Shown: piece by piece, positions 25,499 to 28,662 of the stretch
Layout: each line of letters opens with the position of its first letter
How positions within the stretch are numbered: the stretch's first letter is position 1
Assembly (NCBI GenBank): GCA_029974275.1
Contig: JARKSN010000137.1
Location: 1-28,662, forward strand
Origin: Candidatus Hydrogenedentota bacterium
GTDB taxonomy: Bacteria; Hydrogenedentota; Hydrogenedentia; Hydrogenedentales; SLHB01
Direction of reading: 5' to 3'
Length of the DNA stretch: 28,662 nucleotides
Made by a program: the position numbers and the translations under genes
Notes under the pieces: model-generated
Told to the model about the DNA's origin: nothing
Database searches by the model: none
What the model saw: the letters and a program-made list of their open reading frames with translations, nothing else

Positions 25499-26020
25499 TC
25501 ATTGCATCTCCAGCACGCAATGGGTAATGGCGTCTTTTTGCTCGAACCGCGCCGTAAAGCGGCGTTGCTCCTTGACCCAGGATAGTTCGTGCGGAGAATG
25601 GATGTCTTGGCCGGAAGAAAGGGACCATTTTGTCGCCGCCGCCTTCTCCTTATAGAACGCAAGGACCTTGTCGAGAGATGCAGGCGCCTCGCATCGCAGC
25701 AGTGCGCTTGCGCCTCGCGGAGCCTTGCTATAGACCACGATACGACTTCCCGGATAAAGGGGAATGTCTTCTGGAAAGCCTTCAGGAAGGGCCACGGGCG
25801 ATTCGTCGGCGACACGCTGCAGGGGGGCGTCAGCGTAGATTGAGGTCATGCCCTCCTGCGGATCGTCCGAGGCGATGGAAGAGTGTTCCGGGCGAGATGG
25901 CCCCGTCGGATCGATGGGCTGCGCCTGTTGCGGAGGCTGCGCCGTATCACATGAGGTCATGAGCAAAAATAGCGACAACGCCAAAACCGGTGTTGCAACC
26001 GACAGGAATATGCGATTCAT
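25499..26020 (-). CDS. Hypothetical lipoprotein
   Basis: RBS GGGGAG and MNRIFLSVATPVLALSLFLLMTS|C with a lipobox-like Cys. A Pro/Gln linker precedes LPEGFPEDIPLYPGSRIV. Confidence 0.7.
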   Translation of the reverse strand: MNRIFLSVATPVLALSLFLLMTSCDTAQPPQQAQPIDPTGPSRPEHSSIASDDPQEGMTSIYADAPLQRVADESPVALPEGFPEDIPLYPGSRIVVYSKAPRGASALLRCEAPASLDKVLAFYKEKAAATKWSLSSGQDIHSPHELSWVKEQRRFTARFEQKDAITHCVLEMQ

Positions 26021-26055
26021 CTTGGTTATATGCTCCCCAGGGTCGCACGCGCCGC

Positions 26056-26085
26056 AGTATAGAGCGGGGCCGCTCATGAAGCCAA
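26056..26085 (-). promoter_or_regulatory. Candidate sigma70-type promoter for the lipoprotein gene
   Basis: TTGGCT-N18-TATACT, 35 bp upstream of ATG 26020. Confidence 0.35.
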
Positions 26086-26131
26086 AGGCTTCCGAACGGC
26101 CCCGCGCGTTAGGCCTACTTTGCCACAGTCA

Positions 26132-28660
26132 CTACTTTGACGACTGGATGACTATCGATCCGCCGCCTAGAACGGTCGTTGGATCGGCGTCCATCTCCGC
26201 GCCAAGCAGATTGTCGTAGATCGCCGTCTCCACGCCACCGGCCTCCGAGTAAATCCGAATGCGGAACGTGTCCGGGGCTCCTTTCGCCTTCAAGTTACCA
26301 TCGATCGCGCTCAGGAAGAATTTATAGCTTCCCTGACCGTTGATCGTGCCAACGCCTTTATAGGTTGCCTTGGAACCCGCGCACACCAGCCACTCGTACG
26401 AGCTGGAGTGGAAGTTCAAGTCGCCTGCCTTGAACTGGAATTCGGTCTGGCCGGTCGGCACGTTCGAGCCCTTCTGATATTTGGACACGAACCCGAAGTT
26501 CGCCTTGCCCGTCAACGCGGGATTAGGCGCATAGGCTCCGGCGGGAGAGTTGATCCAGCCGCCGCCCGTCACAAAGCCGCCGTTCGGATCGTACACCGGC
26601 AAGAAAATGCTTTCCGGTTCGCTCACGTTGCCGCTGGCGTCAACGCCTCGAACAGAAATTGTGTAGATGCCTGTCGTGGACAGACCCGACACGCTTACTG
26701 TCGCCACCACACTAAGGGCAGGCTGCGCGATCGCATCCATCGGCTTCCACGTGAGGCCTTCGTCAAGACTGTATTCGGCGGAGACGACGTTCGTGCCGAG
26801 ATCGTCGATGTGAGCCGTCACCGTGAACGGTTTGCTCACTGCAACAGGATTCGGCGTGGCATTCACCAACGACACCACCGGGGCCGTCGTGTCGACCACG
26901 TTCACCGTGCGCACAACCTGCGACGCCGCGTTGCCAGCGGCATCCGTCACGTCGTACGTCACCGTGTACGAACCCACAACATCCACGTTCACGTTGCTGA
27001 CCGCCACGATCGAACCCGTCAGGTCGCCATCGTAGTTGTCCAGCGCCGTCGCGCCAGCATCGCTGTACGCGCCGTGAACTTCAACCGTCACGGGGCTCGC
27101 GCCCAACAGCGTGATCACGGGGGCCGTCGTGTCGACCACGTGAACGACACGCACGATCTGCGCCGCCGCGTTGCCGGAACTGTCTTGCACGTCGTAGCTG
27201 ATCGTGTATGAACCCACGGTGCTCGGCACGACATTGTTCTGGGTCACAATTTGGCCCGTCAGGTCGCCATCATACAGATCGGAAGCGGTAGCGCCTGCAT
27301 CAAAATACGCAGCGCCAACCTCGATCGTCACCGGCGAGGTTCCGTTGAGCGTGATGACGGGAGGAGTGGTGTCCGTAACGGTCACCGACATGACGACTTC
27401 CGACTGCTGGCCTTCATAACCGTCGAAAGAGGTAACCCGAACCGCGTGCGCACCCTTGGCAAACATCTGGGTCAGGCTAAGGTCGGCCGCCGAAGGAGGT
27501 CCGCCCGCCGCAACGATTTCCGTTTTCACGATGACACTGTCCACTTCCCATGTCACCGTCAACGCATCACCGTCGGCGTCTTCGGTGTGTACGTGCAACG
27601 TCACCGACGCACCCTGGCCGGATGCGGCCTCTTCGGTCACGGCTGGAGTAGAAGTGGTAATCGTCGGCTTTCTGTCCGCGATGCCCGTCATATCCGCCGT
27701 AACCGTCGGAGCGTTCAACGCGTTGCTGACGATGATGAGACTGCCGAATTTTTCGCCCGGATATGCCGTATCAAAGGCAACATCCACGAACCCGGAACCT
27801 CCCGGCGTCAACGGGGAGAGCAACGCGCTGCCCGTCACCTGGAAACTGCTCGGATGGACGCCGCCAATCGAAACCGAGTTGATCGTCAGGTCGCGCGTTC
27901 CGGTATTTTGCACGAAGATCCGCTGCGAACCCGTCAGTCCCGTTCCGGTTTCGTTTACATTGAAGTCGATGGGATATCCCGTCACGGAAATCTGAGGACC
28001 GATGTCCAGCACAAACGCGTGACTCACCGCCGTGCCTACCGGAACGAGGATCGTCCACACTTGGCCGGCCGTCATGAACCCGATAGGGATCGGCGCATAG
28101 CCATTCACCGTGAAACTCACCTGCGCGGCGGTGTCGGTCGCGCTGGTGTTCACCAGGAAGTACTGTTCATATCCCTCGAAATCTCCCGTCAATTTTACGC
28201 GCTCAATAAGCTGCTGGGGTGAAACCGCGGCAAGCGCTGCGTTAACCCGGCTCTTGTTCCAATAATCAGAGCGCGCAAAGCCCGCCGTCGCCGGCCCATC
28301 GGTCAACGTTGGAATCAAGGGCGTGTAGAGCCCGGCATTGTAAACGCTCGGGGCCGTGAGCACGCTCGGATGCGTCGTCGCGCCCGTCACGATATTGTCA
28401 TTGAACGAAGGCATGCCGCTGGCCAACTTGGCTGCGGTCATGTTTGATATTGTCGTAAAGCGGCCCTGGAAATTCGTATCTGTCGACGTCGTCTGATTGT
28501 TACAGTCCACCGATGCGCTCGACGCCTCGACGATCGAACCGTGTAATTTGACCATGCCGGGCGCGCCCGCGCCGCCCGTGCCGCCGTTGCCGCCTTTGCC
28601 GCCCGCGCCGCCCGTGCCGCCGGAACCGCCGCCGCCGCCCCAGCCGCCGGTGCCGCCGGT
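26132..28660 (-). CDS. Large extracellular/surface protein (5' end outside window) with Gly-rich repeats, several Ig-like domains including two DUF5011-type repeats, and a conserved C-terminal beta domain
   Basis: The frame stays open upstream of the track's Met 28555 to the window edge (TGGTGGWGGGGGSGGTGGAGGKGGNGGTGGAGAPG). Repeats read DTTPPVITLNG/DTTAPVITLLG...DAGATA.D.YDGDLTG.IV...GSYT..YDV.D..GN. The C-terminal domain reads VYDPNGGFVTGGGWI...GGGSIVI. Confidence 0.85.
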   Translation of the reverse strand, partial: TGGTGGWGGGGGSGGTGGAGGKGGNGGTGGAGAPGMVKLHGSIVEASSASVDCNNQTTSTDTNFQGRFTTISNMTAAKLASGMPSFNDNIVTGATTHPSVLTAPSVYNAGLYTPLIPTLTDGPATAGFARSDYWNKSRVNAALAAVSPQQLIERVKLTGDFEGYEQYFLVNTSATDTAAQVSFTVNGYAPIPIGFMTAGQVWTILVPVGTAVSHAFVLDIGPQISVTGYPIDFNVNETGTGLTGSQRIFVQNTGTRDLTINSVSIGGVHPSSFQVTGSALLSPLTPGGSGFVDVAFDTAYPGEKFGSLIIVSNALNAPTVTADMTGIADRKPTITTSTPAVTEEAASGQGASVTLHVHTEDADGDALTVTWEVDSVIVKTEIVAAGGPPSAADLSLTQMFAKGAHAVRVTSFDGYEGQQSEVVMSVTVTDTTPPVITLNGTSPVTIEVGAAYFDAGATASDLYDGDLTGQIVTQNNVVPSTVGSYTISYDVQDSSGNAAAQIVRVVHVVDTTAPVITLLGASPVTVEVHGAYSDAGATALDNYDGDLTGSIVAVSNVNVDVVGSYTVTYDVTDAAGNAASQVVRTVNVVDTTAPVVSLVNATPNPVAVSKPFTVTAHIDDLGTNVVSAEYSLDEGLTWKPMDAIAQPALSVVATVSVSGLSTTGIYTISVRGVDASGNVSEPESIFLPVYDPNGGFVTGGGWINSPAGAYAPNPALTGKANFGFVSKYQKGSNVPTGQTEFQFKAGDLNFHSSSYEWLVCAGSKATYKGVGTINGQGSYKFFLSAIDGNLKAKGAPDTFRIRIYSEAGGVETAIYDNLLGAEMDADPTTVLGGGSIVIQSSK
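26881..27360. repeat. Two tandem 240-bp (80-aa) Ig-like domain repeats
   Basis: gggccgtcgtgtcgaccacgt occurs at 26881 and 27121, and cccgtcaggtcgccatc occurs at 27015 and 27255. Both pairs are exactly 240 bp apart. Confidence 0.9.
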
Positions 28661-28662
28661 GC
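28556..28662. repeat. Low-complexity (GGX)n-coding repeat
   Basis: gccgccNNN 9-nt periodicity up to the window end. Confidence 0.85.

Noticed and set aside
26881..27360. Direct repeats as a CRISPR array
   Set aside because: The period is 240 bp, the repeats are in frame within a CDS, and similarity extends across the whole unit. There are no unique spacers or cas genes.
28556..28662. Mycobacterial PE_PGRS gene
   Set aside because: Only the GGX composition matches. The context (Lpt, Lol, secretin) is an LPS-type diderm and no PE domain is visible.
1..28662. Taxonomic assignment (style suggests Hydrogenedentota or a PVC-related lineage)
   Set aside because: This is an impression from protein style only, with no marker gene in the window. 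It needs a homology search.

Overview
GC-rich bacterial DNA from a diderm (lptC/lptA, lolA-like gene and a secretin are present). All housekeeping genes lie on the minus strand. On the left are nadC, a biotin ligase, coaX, lptC and lptA (cut by the window edge). On the right are a large Ig-repeat surface protein (cut by the edge), a lipoprotein, a GNAT/ArgA-like gene, proC, a lolA-like gene, maf and natA/natB-CPBP. Between them is a ~15.5 kb plus-strand block (about 3.9-19.4 kb). It opens with a near-consensus sigma54 -24/-12 promoter and candidate activator palindromes, followed by a secreted LTxxQ-motif (Spy/CpxP/ZraP-like) protein. Next comes a type II secretion-like cluster (E, F, G, H, I, J, K, L/PilMN-like, M/PilO-like, C-like, D), and the block closes with a ZraS/ZraR-like sensor kinase and sigma54 response regulator. 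Three points stand out. (1) The secretin is encoded by two genes, each with its own signal peptide, and the break falls inside the last N-domain. (2) The secretion cluster appears nested in a self-regulating sigma54 envelope-stress-type module. (3) gspF has a single in-frame TAA. No RNA genes, CRISPR arrays or mobile elements were recognised. All calls come from reading motifs by eye; no searches were run.
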